Source: an uncultured Anaerolineae bacterium
GTDB taxonomy: Bacteria; Chloroflexota; Anaerolineae; JAADDB01
NCBI GenBank assembly: GCA_964413905.1
Contig: CAYPUG010000001.1
Location: forward strand, 6,962 to 70,961
Length of the DNA: 64,000 nucleotides
Reading direction: 5' to 3'
Part shown: positions 24,907 through 35,439 of the stretch, piece by piece
How the letters are laid out: every line of letters begins with the position of its first letter
Numbering within the stretch: position 1 is the first letter of the stretch
The notes under the pieces: generated by a model
The model's input: only the letters and a program-made list of their open reading frames with translations
Database searches by the model: none
Told to the model about the DNA's origin: nothing
Program-made: the position numbers and the translations under genes

Positions 24907-27900
24907 TTACCAACGACGTAATCCTTCCAGGACACGCTCCAACCGGGAGCGCCAGTGAGCATCGATGGGGATGTACACCCGCCGTCGCCCGACCCGACAA
25001 CCTTCCGGCAGGCGGCGTTCCAGGGTCCGCCAGTCCGGCCGGTCCAGGTCCGAACGGTGTAACGCCAGACGATCCCCTTCTCGGCCGATGCGGTCCACCC
25101 GCGCCTCCCGAGCCAGGATTTTGATGCGTACGACGAATAACAAGTCCTCCGCTTCCTCGGGCATGGGCCCAAATCGGTCCACAAGTTCCTGCTCCATCGC
25201 TGTCAGAGCGTCTAAGTCCGTAATGGCCGCGACGCGCCGATAGAGCTGCAAGCGTAATTCCTCATCGGGCACATAGGCCGTGGGGAACCCTGCGCGCACG
25301 GGAAGATCCAGGTGCACGGCCGCAGGCAGCGGGTCCGGTGTCTCCCCGGTCGCGGGAAGGTCGAATTCCCCGCGCTCGCGCAATTCCTGAACGGCCTTAG
25401 CCAACAACCGCGCGTACAGGTCAAAGCCCACCGCGGCGATGTGACCGTGTTGCCGAGCGCCCAGGAGTTCGCCCGCACCCCGCAATTCCAAATCTTGCAT
25501 CGCGATACGGAACCCTGCGCCTAAATCAGAGGCTTCATAAATGGCCTGTAACCGACGTCGCGCTTCCGGGCTAAGCCGTTTCCCCTTGTCATACAAGAGA
25601 TACGCGTACGCGCGTACCGCGCCACGCCCTACCCGTCCCCGCAACTGGTACAACTGAGCCAAACCGAATTGATCCGCCCGGTTGATGATAATAGTGTTCG
25701 CGGTAGGGATGTCCAACCCGCTCTCAATGATGGTCGTGCTTACAAGAACGTCGATCTCCCCCCGGGCAAAGGCCAACATAGTTCGTTCCAACTCCCGTTC
25801 CGACATCTGCCCATGTGCCACGGCTACTCGCGCTTCGGGGACAATACGACGTATCTGGTTGGCGACGATCGCGATGCCTTGCACCCGATTGTGAACGAAG
25901 TACACCTGCCCACCTCGATCCAACTCCCGTAAAATAGCCTGGCGAATCAGATGCTCGTCATATTCTGCCACCGTGGTTTTCACGGGCAAACGTTCCTCCG
26001 GCGGAGTGGTCATCGTGCTCATGTCACGGATGCCCGTTAAACTCATATGGAGCGTGCGGGGAATAGGGGTCGCAGTCAACGTGAGCACATCCACGCTGGT
26101 TCGCAGCCGCTTCAACTTCTCTTTGTGCACTACACCGAACCGCTGCTCTTCATCGATGATGAGAAGTCCCAAGTCCTTGAATTCCACATCGTTGGAGAGC
26201 AAGCGGTGGGTGCCGATGACAATATCCACACTGCCCGCCTTCAATCCCTCGATGACTTTCTGCTGCTGGGAACGGGTAAGGAAGCGCGAGAGCATGGCAA
26301 CGTTCACAGGGAAAGGTGCCATGCGCTCCCGAAAGGTGTTATAGTGTTGCTGGGCGAGTACGGTCGTGGGCACCAGCACGGCCACTTGTTTCCCATCCAT
26401 CACGGCTTTGAACGCGGCCCGGACGGCCAATTCCGTTTTCCCGAACCCCACATCCCCCACCACCAAACGATCCATGGGCCGAGGTTGTTCCATGTCTCGC
26501 TTGATCTCTTCTGCGGCTCGAAGTTGATCTTCGGTCTCTTCGTACGGAAAGGCCGCCTCCAGTTCCTGCTGCCAGGGGGAATCCGGGCTGAACGCGTGGC
26601 CACGAATGGCGGCCCGCCGCGCGTACAACTCCAACAATTCCTTAGCCATCTCTGCCACAGCCCGACGCGCCCGACGCTTGACCATATCCCAATCCGCGGT
26701 GCCCAAACGGTTGAGCACAGGAGGCGTCCCGTGGGGGCCCACATAACGGGCCAAGCGTTCGGCCTGGTATACCGGGACGAACAACTTGTCCCCATGCGCG
26801 TACTCAATTTCTAGGTACTCCCGTTCCTCACCGTCAAAATTCCGCCGTACCAATCCTCGATAGATTCCGATGCCGTAATCCACATGAACCACGTAATCAC
26901 CGACTTTGACATCGGAGAAGAACGTCTCCGGCGCGGCAGGACGAACACGGGTCACGCGCCGGGGCACCCGTCGAAAACCGAACAATTCCTTGTCGGTGAA
27001 GAGGTGAAGGCGTCCTCCTGACTCGGGGTGGGGGGTCAACACAAACCCACCGGCCAATACCCCCCGCACCACCGCCATTCCCCCTTCACCGGGGAGATTC
27101 TCCAACGCAGCAAGCGGGGCAATGGTCCTCCCCGCGTCCGTGAGCATGTCGGCCAAACGGTCTGCCTGGCGGGACACGACCACCACCCGCTCCCGACGGC
27201 CGGACAATTCCAGCAAAGAGCGCACAATATGTCGTACTTTACCGCCGAAATAGGGCGCCGCGTGAAACACATCGCCCAACAGCGCCTCGGGCAAGGGATG
27301 CCCATCCAAGTCACTTTGCCCCAACACCCACACAGGCACACGATCAAAGCGAATTCGTATCTCTTCCCAAGTCCAGTAAGGGCGCACCACGTTGGCCGGG
27401 AGTTCGCGGGTAACGAGCAAGTCGTTTCGGACGTGTTCGGCCTGCTCCTGCAAGTCCCGCCACACACTCTGCAATTCTTCGCCGTCCTCAACGAGAACCA
27501 CGCTCTCCCGGGGCAGGTGATCGAGCAGCGTTGCGGGTTGGGAGTAAAAATAAGGAAGGTAAAACTCCAACAGCGGGAAACGACCGCCCTCGTTCAAAAG
27601 AGCGATCTCCTCTCGAATTTGCTCCGCTAAGGCCGTGTGACACGTGCTCAGGTCCAAGTCATGCAACCGTTGGGCTGCCCGTTGCGCGTGCCGGACAAGG
27701 GCCTCCGAGGCCGGGGTTAGGAGGATGCGAGAGGGACGGGGAACATCGGACAGGGTGCGCTGAGTTTCCACGTCGAAGTACCGCATGGAATCAATCTCAT
27801 CCCCGAAGAACTCTAACCGGACGGGCCACCGAGCATGCGGTGGGAACACATCTAAAATCCCGCCACGGCGTGAAAACATTCCCGGGCTATCTACCACAGA

Positions 27901-28488
27901 GGCTTCTGTGTACCCTAACGAAAGGAGCAGGGCGATGAGGTCGTGCATAGAGATGGCGTCTCCCACGCGTAGGGGGCGTACAGATAAACGCATTTCCCGC
28001 GGGGGCAAGGTCTTCCACATAAGCGCTCGAGCCGAGGCGACCACCACCGGGGCCTCGCTGAAGCCAGAACGCCGGGACAACGCGGCCAACGCGGCCAGGC
28101 GATCACGACGAGTGTCGGCGCTCCACACGAGACGCTCGTAAGGTAAAGCCTCGGGATCGGCGAAGAGAAACACCCGGGACGCATCCCCTAGCCAGATCCG
28201 AACGGCATCCGCAATTTCTCGCGCGCGGGAAGAGGTGGCGGTGACATAAAGAAGAGGGCGGTGAAGGTGGGACGCAAGGGCAGCAGCAACGTAGGGACGG
28301 GCTGTGCGGGGAACGCCCAAGCGCCTAGGGCGCCCCGGCTCAGGCGGAGCGTTTAAGACGCGACGATAGGATGGTGCCTCGGACACCAGATCCAGGGCAC
28401 CACGCAGGTGAAAGACATGCTTTTCGCCTTGGCTCTCCACAACCGACACGGACAATGATCCACGGCCCATGTTGTATCCATTACACAA
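24907..28488 (-). CDS. mfd: Transcription-repair coupling factor
   Basis: UvrB-homology N-terminus, RNAP-interacting domain and a RecG-like SF2 translocase ([16 protein letters not shown]) plus the TRG motif. The start may be at an internal Met. Confidence 0.9.
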   Translation of the reverse strand: MCNGYNMGRGSLSVSVVESQGEKHVFHLRGALDLVSEAPSYRRVLNAPPEPGRPRRLGVPRTARPYVAAALASHLHRPLLYVTATSSRAREIADAVRIWLGDASRVFLFADPEALPYERLVWSADTRRDRLAALAALSRRSGFSEAPVVVASARALMWKTLPPREMRLSVRPLRVGDAISMHDLIALLLSLGYTEASVVDSPGMFSRRGGILDVFPPHARWPVRLEFFGDEIDSMRYFDVETQRTLSDVPRPSRILLTPASEALVRHAQRAAQRLHDLDLSTCHTALAEQIREEIALLNEGGRFPLLEFYLPYFYSQPATLLDHLPRESVVLVEDGEELQSVWRDLQEQAEHVRNDLLVTRELPANVVRPYWTWEEIRIRFDRVPVWVLGQSDLDGHPLPEALLGDVFHAAPYFGGKVRHIVRSLLELSGRRERVVVVSRQADRLADMLTDAGRTIAPLAALENLPGEGGMAVVRGVLAGGFVLTPHPESGGRLHLFTDKELFGFRRVPRRVTRVRPAAPETFFSDVKVGDYVVHVDYGIGIYRGLVRRNFDGEEREYLEIEYAHGDKLFVPVYQAERLARYVGPHGTPPVLNRLGTADWDMVKRRARRAVAEMAKELLELYARRAAIRGHAFSPDSPWQQELEAAFPYEETEDQLRAAEEIKRDMEQPRPMDRLVVGDVGFGKTELAVRAAFKAVMDGKQVAVLVPTTVLAQQHYNTFRERMAPFPVNVAMLSRFLTRSQQQKVIEGLKAGSVDIVIGTHRLLSNDVEFKDLGLLIIDEEQRFGVVHKEKLKRLRTSVDVLTLTATPIPRTLHMSLTGIRDMSTMTTPPEERLPVKTTVAEYDEHLIRQAILRELDRGGQVYFVHNRVQGIAIVANQIRRIVPEARVAVAHGQMSERELERTMLAFARGEIDVLVSTTIIESGLDIPTANTIIINRADQFGLAQLYQLRGRVGRGAVRAYAYLLYDKGKRLSPEARRRLQAIYEASDLGAGFRIAMQDLELRGAGELLGARQHGHIAAVGFDLYARLLAKAVQELRERGEFDLPATGETPDPLPAAVHLDLPVRAGFPTAYVPDEELRLQLYRRVAAITDLDALTAMEQELVDRFGPMPEEAEDLLFVVRIKILAREARVDRIGREGDRLALHRSDLDRPDWRTLERRLPEGCRVGRRRVYIPIDAHWRSRLERVLEGLRRW

Positions 28489-28619
28489 CCCACGGCTGCG
28501 TGACCGACATTTCGCGTGTCACGGCGGCGACCTGGCGCCGCTTTGATATCTTTGGAGTGCAGCAACCTGTACGAAACCGCCCGGCCGAGTTGTCACCCCG
28601 TGGACGGCTTTTCAATGTA

Positions 28620-29234
28620 TCATCCCTTTTTCGCCGTTTTCTCCGTCCCCGGACGTTCCCCACCATGTCGCGCACGGGTGTTCACAAAACGCATGGCCGG
28701 TTCAATGCCCTGAGTGACCCATATTTCGATCGCGTCCGCGGCCTCCTCACGCACCACCCGCATCGCCTCCTCTTCCTCATCGGTGAACGGGTGCAAGACG
28801 AAGTCCGCGGGATCCATACGACCCGGCGGTCGCCCGATGCCCACGCGCAAACGCGGGAAATCGGACGTTCCCAAGTGCTGGATGATGGAACGCATCCCTT
28901 TGTGCCCGCCATCCCCGCCCTTGGGACGCATCCGCAATACACCAAACGCCAGATCAAGGTCGTCATACACTACCAAGATATCTGTCAAAGGTACCTTGTA
29001 GAACCGCACAATGGGAGCTACGGATTTTCCGCTCAAGTTCATGTACGTTTGCGGTTTGACCAACAACACCTCCCCTTCACCCATGCGCACTTTCACGGCC
29101 AACGCGTCGAACTTGTGCGGTGCGAACATGACCCCATGCCGCCGGGCGAGAATGTCCAAGATTTGAAAACCGACATTGTGTCGCGTGCGCTCATACGCCC
29201 GTCCGGGATTGCCCAAACCGAACACGATCTTCAT
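28620..29234 (-). CDS. pth: Peptidyl-tRNA hydrolase. True start is MKIVFGLGNPG; the 354-aa ORF-track extension is rejected.
   Basis: Pth signature GLGNPG ... HNVGF. The upstream gene ends 2 bp before this start. Confidence 0.85.
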   Translation of the reverse strand: MKIVFGLGNPGRAYERTRHNVGFQILDILARRHGVMFAPHKFDALAVKVRMGEGEVLLVKPQTYMNLSGKSVAPIVRFYKVPLTDILVVYDDLDLAFGVLRMRPKGGDGGHKGMRSIIQHLGTSDFPRLRVGIGRPPGRMDPADFVLHPFTDEEEEAMRVVREEAADAIEIWVTQGIEPAMRFVNTRARHGGERPGTEKTAKKG

Positions 29235-29236
29235 GG

Positions 29237-29986
29237 CTATGGTCTCACCCGTACCCATATCCAAAGGATAATACGTTTCAGCACTTCGTATCCGATCCAC
29301 ACCAAATACGCCCACAACGCGTATCGGGCACCGCGCAAAGCAGCCTTCCGAATCCGCTGACTGTTGAAAATCTGCCCAAATTGGCTGAAAATACCCCGCC
29401 CGGTTCCCTGATGTTGACCGGCCACTACCGTCGCCGTAGGTGTAGGCGAAGGGATAGGGGTAGGCGTAGGTATTTCGGGCAGGACCACCACGGCCGGTGT
29501 CGGGGTGGGTGCGGGGGTCGGAGTAAAGCGCGGTGTCGGGGTAACCGTCGGCGTGGGTGTGGGCGTAGGCCTGGTGTTTGCCACGTCCACACGCACAATG
29601 GGCGATTCGATGTAGTTGCCGTCGATTTTGACCACGCGGAGTTTCAGCGCGTAAGGACCATCCGGCAGGGGGCGCGTGTCCCACAAGCCTAACAGACCGT
29701 TGGGTTGTTGGTTGTAATGCGCTTCACCGATGAAAATCCACCCCTGATCCCCAGAAGGCGGTGGCCAGGGCGCATAATACAACTCGTACCTTTGGAATTG
29801 GGGATGAACGGCGACGCCGGAAATGCGCACTTCTCCGCGCACCACGTCACCGTTTTTGGGTATGGTAATCAACGCCTCTGCGCCTTGAGCGTGCACACCC
29901 GTACCGATAATTCCCCACGCTATGAACAAAGATACGAGCAAGATGGCCGCGAGCGACATCCATCCTCGTCGTGAATACATGTACAT
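29237..29986 (-). CDS. Secreted protein: signal peptide, a beta-sandwich domain, a Pro/Thr-rich linker and a C-terminal hydrophobic anchor
   Basis: Signal peptide LAAILLVSLFIAWGIIGTGVHA. (PT)n linker. GGAGAGG Shine-Dalgarno. Confidence 0.6.
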   Translation of the reverse strand: MYMYSRRGWMSLAAILLVSLFIAWGIIGTGVHAQGAEALITIPKNGDVVRGEVRISGVAVHPQFQRYELYYAPWPPPSGDQGWIFIGEAHYNQQPNGLLGLWDTRPLPDGPYALKLRVVKIDGNYIESPIVRVDVANTRPTPTPTPTVTPTPRFTPTPAPTPTPAVVVLPEIPTPTPIPSPTPTATVVAGQHQGTGRGIFSQFGQIFNSQRIRKAALRGARYALWAYLVWIGYEVLKRIILWIWVRVRP

Positions 29987-30017
29987 GTTCTAACCTCTCC
30001 ATCCAGCCCAGAGTATC

Positions 30018-31148
30018 TCATACTTCTTCATCAAAGAGCACTTCTGCTTTGATATCTTCTTCCTCTTCCAAGTTACCGCCCAACGCGCCGGCTACAACGC
30101 CAACAGATGCCATAAAGGCTGAATATCGTTCCAAGGACAGGGCGTGTGCGGTCGGCAAACCGGCCCACGCCGCGAACACATCTTTGGGTAAGACATAAGA
30201 AATCGTCAAGGAGACAACGAAGATAATAGCCCACAAAAATGTCATGCCCAAGAGTAAGGTGCCAAAAAGCACGATTTGTGTTCGGGCAATCTGCTCCCGT
30301 AAATGAACTTCACGCGTGATTTGGCCCATGTTCTGACCGTAGTACATGAGAAAAGTTGCCAAAAGTGTCGCACCTACCGGACCGGCCAGGATGAGGGAGA
30401 AAGGCAAATGTGCACCGATCTCCCACGCTTCCGCGGTCATCAACAAGAACACCGTGGACACCGCAGCCGCGGCCGTCAGGCGTCCCAAGTAAACGGGCAT
30501 CTCCCACGGCGCGTATCGCCAGATATCCAACAAAATTCCTCCCGGGTCGGTGAAGAAAGTGCGCACGTAAAAGGCCAACCGACCCCAATGAGGCCGCTGT
30601 TCCTCCAAGCGTGCGTCGGCGATAAGGTGCAGATGATGGTTAATGGCCTCGATGACCTCTTCTGGAAACGGTTCAATCTGCAACAGCGTTGGATCCTCTA
30701 TCGGCTGGGAGGGGCCGGTGAGGGTATGCTTTACGTCCCACAGGTGAGATAACATATGGAGCACTAAGCCCCCCAGACGTTCAGGCAACACATCCTTCGC
30801 CCCTAAGCGCGCGGTGGAAACCACCGCGACTTCCAGGGCGGAGGAGGGAATCCCCATCGTAGAGATCCGGTGCCGAGGGTTCAATTCGTTGGGAACCACC
30901 ACAATCGCGTAATCCCAGCGACGGAGGATCTTCTCCTCTGCCCCGATTTCCAACAAAGGCAGGGGATCCAATGCCCCCACGGGAACGTATACCCGCCGCT
31001 CTACAAAGGGCATCTCCCATTCAAAATCGGGGAACTGCTCCTGAAGAAGGGTCAACACCTCATCACGGGCTAAAGTATACGCGGCCAACATTTCCTCGTT
31101 ACGAAGGTCCGCAGCCAGCACCCAGCCCACGCTGACCACCGAACTCAT
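30018..31148 (-). CDS. Hypothetical membrane protein with an N-terminal soluble domain and four C-terminal TM helices
   Basis: ORF and hydropathy only. The 4-bp overlap with the hisA stop suggests coupling. Confidence 0.5.
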   Translation of the reverse strand: MSSVVSVGWVLAADLRNEEMLAAYTLARDEVLTLLQEQFPDFEWEMPFVERRVYVPVGALDPLPLLEIGAEEKILRRWDYAIVVVPNELNPRHRISTMGIPSSALEVAVVSTARLGAKDVLPERLGGLVLHMLSHLWDVKHTLTGPSQPIEDPTLLQIEPFPEEVIEAINHHLHLIADARLEEQRPHWGRLAFYVRTFFTDPGGILLDIWRYAPWEMPVYLGRLTAAAAVSTVFLLMTAEAWEIGAHLPFSLILAGPVGATLLATFLMYYGQNMGQITREVHLREQIARTQIVLFGTLLLGMTFLWAIIFVVSLTISYVLPKDVFAAWAGLPTAHALSLERYSAFMASVGVVAGALGGNLEEEEDIKAEVLFDEEV

Positions 31149-31903
31149 CGCAACACCTCGCGAACACGAGATAACGCAGCGGAAAGGTCCACGCGGCCGG
31201 CGTACAGCGCCTGACCGATGATGACTCCGGCCACGCCCCGATGAGCCACCGACAACAAGGCGTCAATATCGGCCAGACCGGCGACCCCACCCGAGGCAAT
31301 AACACGCAAACCGGTCTGTTCGGCCAGACGGGCCACGGCCTCCGCGTCCACCCCCGAGAGCATACCATCCCGTTGGATGTCCGTGTACACAGCCCAACGC
31401 ACCCCGGCTTCACGCATGGCCTGTCCCAACGCGACAACAGAGACCTCACTCACCTGGGCCCACCCGTGCGTAGCCACCCGCCCCTCACGCGCGTCTAGCC
31501 CCACGGCAATGCGCTCCGAGCCGAAGCGACGCAGGGCTTCCCGTACTATGTCAGGGCGGGTGACTGCAACCGTGCCCAACACCACCCGCGCGACTCCCAA
31601 ATCCAACACCGACCGAATATCCTCCAACGTCCGCAAACCTCCACCAAATTGTATCGGCACAGGAACCTCATTACAGATCGCAGCAAGAGCCTGAAGATTG
31701 GGAGATAACACCTCGGGGTCGAGAGAATCCCCCAACGCGCCGTCCAAGTTGACCACGTGCAACCACGTGGCGCCCTGGTCTACCCATCGCCGCGCGATCG
31801 CTACAGGATCGTCGCCGTACACCGTCTCCGCGTTCGGATCTCCTTGGCGCAACCGAACACACTTACCACGCCGCAGATCGATGGCCGGAAATATGTCAAA
31901 CAT
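31145..31903 (-). CDS. hisA: 1-(5-phosphoribosyl)-5-[(5-phosphoribosylamino)methylideneamino]imidazole-4-carboxamide isomerase (HisA/PriA-like)
   Basis: [18 protein letters not shown] ... GGGLRT ... GVARVVLGT. Confidence 0.8.
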   Translation of the reverse strand: MFDIFPAIDLRRGKCVRLRQGDPNAETVYGDDPVAIARRWVDQGATWLHVVNLDGALGDSLDPEVLSPNLQALAAICNEVPVPIQFGGGLRTLEDIRSVLDLGVARVVLGTVAVTRPDIVREALRRFGSERIAVGLDAREGRVATHGWAQVSEVSVVALGQAMREAGVRWAVYTDIQRDGMLSGVDAEAVARLAEQTGLRVIASGGVAGLADIDALLSVAHRGVAGVIIGQALYAGRVDLSAALSRVREVLR

Positions 31904-32345
31904 GATGTTGTTACCCATGCCCTGGCCTCATCTTTTTTCCTGATGGACGGACAAAACGTCACGGATGCTATCGAAGCGGCGAGAGGTCGTCGCACTCCAA
32001 AAACTTTCCCAGGTACTCCTATGAAACAAGTACAATCTCGAGAATTTCCTAAAATCCCTTCCCAAAATCGGCGAAAGAAGTGTTCACTATTTTACCGCAC
32101 ATAAAGGACAGGGTGAAATGCACCGCGTCCTGTTCCGGGGCTTTCCAACAGTCTGATACGTGAAGATATTGTATCGGCCATTGAGTCGTTGCATGTCCTT
32201 TTTAGAAGGCTCTTGATAAGCGAAGGCAATGCCTCCACCTCCCCCCTGTGTGTTGAAAAAAGACTGGATTGTGTCCTTGCCGGGCTTGAAGTTCTTATTG
32301 AGTCGTGTTACACTGTGTTGTGGTAAGGAGGAGAAAAATCCGAGC

Positions 32346-32999
32346 ATGTACGCAGTTCGCTACAAGACCATTTGCAAACCCATAGACGCACCCGATGCCA
32401 TCGCCTTCGCGGTGTCCCTGCTGCGCACGGGACACGTTATCGCGGTGCCCACGGATACCGTGTACGGCATCGCCGCGGACGGCCTCAACCCCGACGCGAT
32501 CCGACGCCTGTACGAAGTGAAGGAACGTCCGACCGACAAACCTATTCCCTTGCTCCTGGCGGACATCGACGATGTGTGGCATGTTATCCGATCCTTTCCC
32601 GCGGGAGCCCACCGATTAGCGCAATCTTTTTGGCCTGGTCCCCTCACTCTGGTCCTCCCCGCGCGACCGGAACTCCCTCAAGTCCTCCTGGCCGGCGGGG
32701 ATACGGTCGGTGTCCGCATCCCCGCGTACAAGTTATTACGAACGTTAATTCGACGGCTGGGACACCCGCTGGCGGCCACAAGCGCCAACCTCAGCAATCA
32801 TCCACCTGCGCTCACCGCACAAGACGTGATGGAACAATTGGGTGGCCGTATCCCCCTCATACTGGACGGCGGCCCCACCCCCGGAGGTCAACCGTCCACG
32901 GTGGTGGACTGCACGGTCGACCCACCGGTCATTCTGCGTGAGGGCCCCATCCCTGCAGAAGAGATTTTACGTGTGTGGAGAGGTTCCCCCACCGCGTAA
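32346..32999 (+). CDS. tsaC: L-threonylcarbamoyladenylate synthase (YrdC/TsaC)
   Basis: YrdC fold (VIAVPTDTVYGIAAD, KPIPLLLAD). AGGAGGAG Shine-Dalgarno. Confidence 0.8.
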   Translation: MYAVRYKTICKPIDAPDAIAFAVSLLRTGHVIAVPTDTVYGIAADGLNPDAIRRLYEVKERPTDKPIPLLLADIDDVWHVIRSFPAGAHRLAQSFWPGPLTLVLPARPELPQVLLAGGDTVGVRIPAYKLLRTLIRRLGHPLAATSANLSNHPPALTAQDVMEQLGGRIPLILDGGPTPGGQPSTVVDCTVDPPVILREGPIPAEEILRVWRGSPTA

Positions 33000-33122
33000 G
33001 TCCCTTCCCTTCTCCGAGAGAGGACTCCGCCCCAAATGACGTGTGCTCCATTTGCGCCTGTCTTACAGGGGGACTAAGATCACCGCAAAACAGCAACGCA
33101 GACAAGGAGAATTTCGGCCACT

Positions 33123-34718
33123 ATGAACGAGGCGGATTTCTGGACCCTCATCCGGGAGCGACGGTCCATTCGCCGTTACCAGGATCGACCGGTCCCCCGC
33201 TCCCTAATTAACGCGCTCCTCGAGGCCGCGCGTTGGGCTCCCTCCACCCACAATCGACAACCCTGGCGGTTTATTATTATTAAACCGGGGCCCCAACGAG
33301 AACACATGGCACAACAAATGGCCCAACGCATGATCGCGGACTTGGTGGCCGATGGGTGGCCTCGGGAAGAAGCAGAAGCACGCGGCCAACGGTCCATCCG
33401 ACGTCTGACCACCGCACCGGTCCTCATCCTTCTCGTCCTGAACACCGAGGAATTGGACCATTACGAGGATGAACGTCGAGCGCGGGCAGGATATTTACTG
33501 GGGGTTCAAAGCGTGGCCGTAGCCGCCCAGAACATCCTCTTGGCTGCTCACCACTATGGACTGGGCGCGTGCTGGATATGTGCCCCTCTGTTTGCTCAAG
33601 ATATCCTGCGAGAGGTGTTAGACCTGCCTGAGACATGGGACCCCCAAGCGTTCATCACCGTTGGCTATCCGGCCGAACACCCTCTGCGTAGCCGTCGTCC
33701 GCTGGAGGAGATCACCATGACGCTACCGAAACCGTCGGAACACACCGAACCCACACCCGAGCCCGTTTCTCCTCCCCCTTCTCATCCTCTCGTTGTTGCA
33801 CTGGCCGGGGGCGTGGGAGGCGCCAAAGGCGCGTTGGGCTTGTATCGCATCCTCCCTCCCGATGCCCTAACCGTCATTGTAAACACGGGTGACGACTTTG
33901 AACACATCGGTCTTCCCATTTCCCCCGATTTGGACACGGTGATGTACACCCTGGCCGGCATCTACCACCGCGAACAGGGGTGGGGCATCGCAGAAGACAC
34001 CTTCCACGCGCTGGACATGTTAGGCCGTTACGGTGCACCCACCTGGTTCCGACTAGGAGACAAAGACCTGGCTACACACATTGTCCGCCGGTACCTCCAA
34101 GATCAAGGATGGCCCCTCAGCCGCATCACCGACCACCTCCGACGCGCTTTGGGTATACAAGCTCGTATCCTGCCGATGAGCGACGATCCCGTGCGCACCC
34201 TTATTGTCACCCCGGAGGGCACCTTACCCTTCCAAGAATACTTTGTGCAACGACGACAAGCCCCTCCTGTAAAAGCCATCCGTTTTCAACACGTGGACCA
34301 AGCCCGCCCTGCGCCCGGCGTCCTCCAAGCATTGCAGGACGCGCAAACAATTGTCATCGCACCGTCCAACCCCTACCTAAGCGTGGATCCTATCCTCAAA
34401 CTCCCAGGTGTGCGTGATCTCCTGCGCGCACGGCGGAAACGCGTGGTTGCCATCACTCCCATTGTGGGCGGAAATGCCGTCAAAGGCCCGTTGGCTAAAC
34501 TCATGCGGGAATTCGGTCATGAACCCTCGGCCCTGGTGGTCGCGCGTTATTACCAGGACATCCTAGGAGCGTTTGTCTTGGACGAACAAGATGCTCACCT
34601 CGCGGCGGACATCCGCGCCCTGGGCATTCGCGTCGCCATCACGAATACGTTAATGACATCCGATGAGGATAAAGAGCGCGTCGCGCGGGTGGCGTTGGCT
34701 CTCATAGAGAAGGAGTAA
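33123..34718 (+). CDS. cofD: Fusion protein: an N-terminal nitroreductase-fold domain (FbiB C-terminal-like) fused to 2-phospho-L-lactate/EPPG transferase CofD (FbiA)
   Basis: Residues 1-200 carry the nitroreductase fold ([15 protein letters not shown]). Residues 215-531 are CofD/YvcK-like ([13 protein letters not shown] ... [14 protein letters not shown]). Confidence 0.75.
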   Translation: MNEADFWTLIRERRSIRRYQDRPVPRSLINALLEAARWAPSTHNRQPWRFIIIKPGPQREHMAQQMAQRMIADLVADGWPREEAEARGQRSIRRLTTAPVLILLVLNTEELDHYEDERRARAGYLLGVQSVAVAAQNILLAAHHYGLGACWICAPLFAQDILREVLDLPETWDPQAFITVGYPAEHPLRSRRPLEEITMTLPKPSEHTEPTPEPVSPPPSHPLVVALAGGVGGAKGALGLYRILPPDALTVIVNTGDDFEHIGLPISPDLDTVMYTLAGIYHREQGWGIAEDTFHALDMLGRYGAPTWFRLGDKDLATHIVRRYLQDQGWPLSRITDHLRRALGIQARILPMSDDPVRTLIVTPEGTLPFQEYFVQRRQAPPVKAIRFQHVDQARPAPGVLQALQDAQTIVIAPSNPYLSVDPILKLPGVRDLLRARRKRVVAITPIVGGNAVKGPLAKLMREFGHEPSALVVARYYQDILGAFVLDEQDAHLAADIRALGIRVAITNTLMTSDEDKERVARVALALIEKE

Positions 34719-34722
34719 GCCC

Positions 34723-35439
34723 ATGAGTGTACCCGACTTGGCCATCTTCATTCCGCTGAAACCCGTTCACCGGGCCAAGCGCCGCCTCGCGTCCATCCTG
34801 CCTTTGGGTCCCCGTCGGGCTCTGACCCAACACCTGTTCACCCACGTGGTACGGGCCGCCCGAAACGCCCACATCCCCGCAGATGTATGGGTCATTGCCG
34901 GCGATCGGCGCGTAGCACGATGGGCTCGCCAAGAAGGCGTGGGCGCGTTGATGGAATCCGACGCCTGGCGCTTGAGTGTAGCAGACTTTGAGCAACCCCT
35001 TACGCCGGCTCGCGACACACGTTGGGACGTCCCCCTCAATCGGGCATTGAACGACGCTCTTGCCTGGGCAGACCATCAAGGGTACCAGGCCACCCTCATC
35101 CTGCCCGCGGACCTGCCACACGTGTTACCACAGGATGTGGAACGCTTATGGCATCTCTCCCGCACGTTCGAGCCCCCCATCGTGGTCATTGCCCCGGACC
35201 GACGAGGCGAGGGCACCAATGCCTTACTCCTGCGTCCGCCCCGCGTGATTTCCCCGGCTTTCGGACAGGGAAGTTTTACCCGTCATCTCATCCGGGCTAT
35301 GCAAGCCGGAGCGTCCGTGTACATCTACACATCCCCCGGTGTCCTCCACGATCTCGACACCCCGGAAGACTGGCAACATTACATGGTCGACGTCCCACAG
35401 CGTGACCACGACTTACAGGGAGAGAGACGTTCACCATGA
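34723..35439 (+). CDS. cofC: 2-phospho-L-lactate/phosphoenolpyruvate guanylyltransferase (CofC/FbiD)
   Basis: MobA-like nucleotidyltransferase fold typical of CofC (AIFIPLKPVHRAKRRLA). Sits immediately after cofD. Confidence 0.7.
   Translation: MSVPDLAIFIPLKPVHRAKRRLASILPLGPRRALTQHLFTHVVRAARNAHIPADVWVIAGDRRVARWARQEGVGALMESDAWRLSVADFEQPLTPARDTRWDVPLNRALNDALAWADHQGYQATLILPADLPHVLPQDVERLWHLSRTFEPPIVVIAPDRRGEGTNALLLRPPRVISPAFGQGSFTRHLIRAMQAGASVYIYTSPGVLHDLDTPEDWQHYMVDVPQRDHDLQGERRSP

Noticed and set aside
28371-29360. 329-aa plus-strand ORF
   Set aside because: Antisense to pth and to the mfd start region, with a biased composition. Not credible.
29420-29590. Short tandem-like periodic DNA (also at about 45680-45790, 46690-46830, 54480-54740) considered as possible CRISPR or tandem repeats
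   Set aside because: These lie inside ORFs and encode Pro/Thr-rich interdomain linkers (PTPTPT...). The periodicity is imperfect and codon-driven, with no repeat-spacer organisation.
28620-29684. 354-aa ORF-track version of pth
   Set aside because: Pth homology begins at MKIVFGLGNPG (start 29234). The upstream 150 codons overlap, in another frame, a well-formed secreted-protein gene that ends 2 bp before the real pth start.
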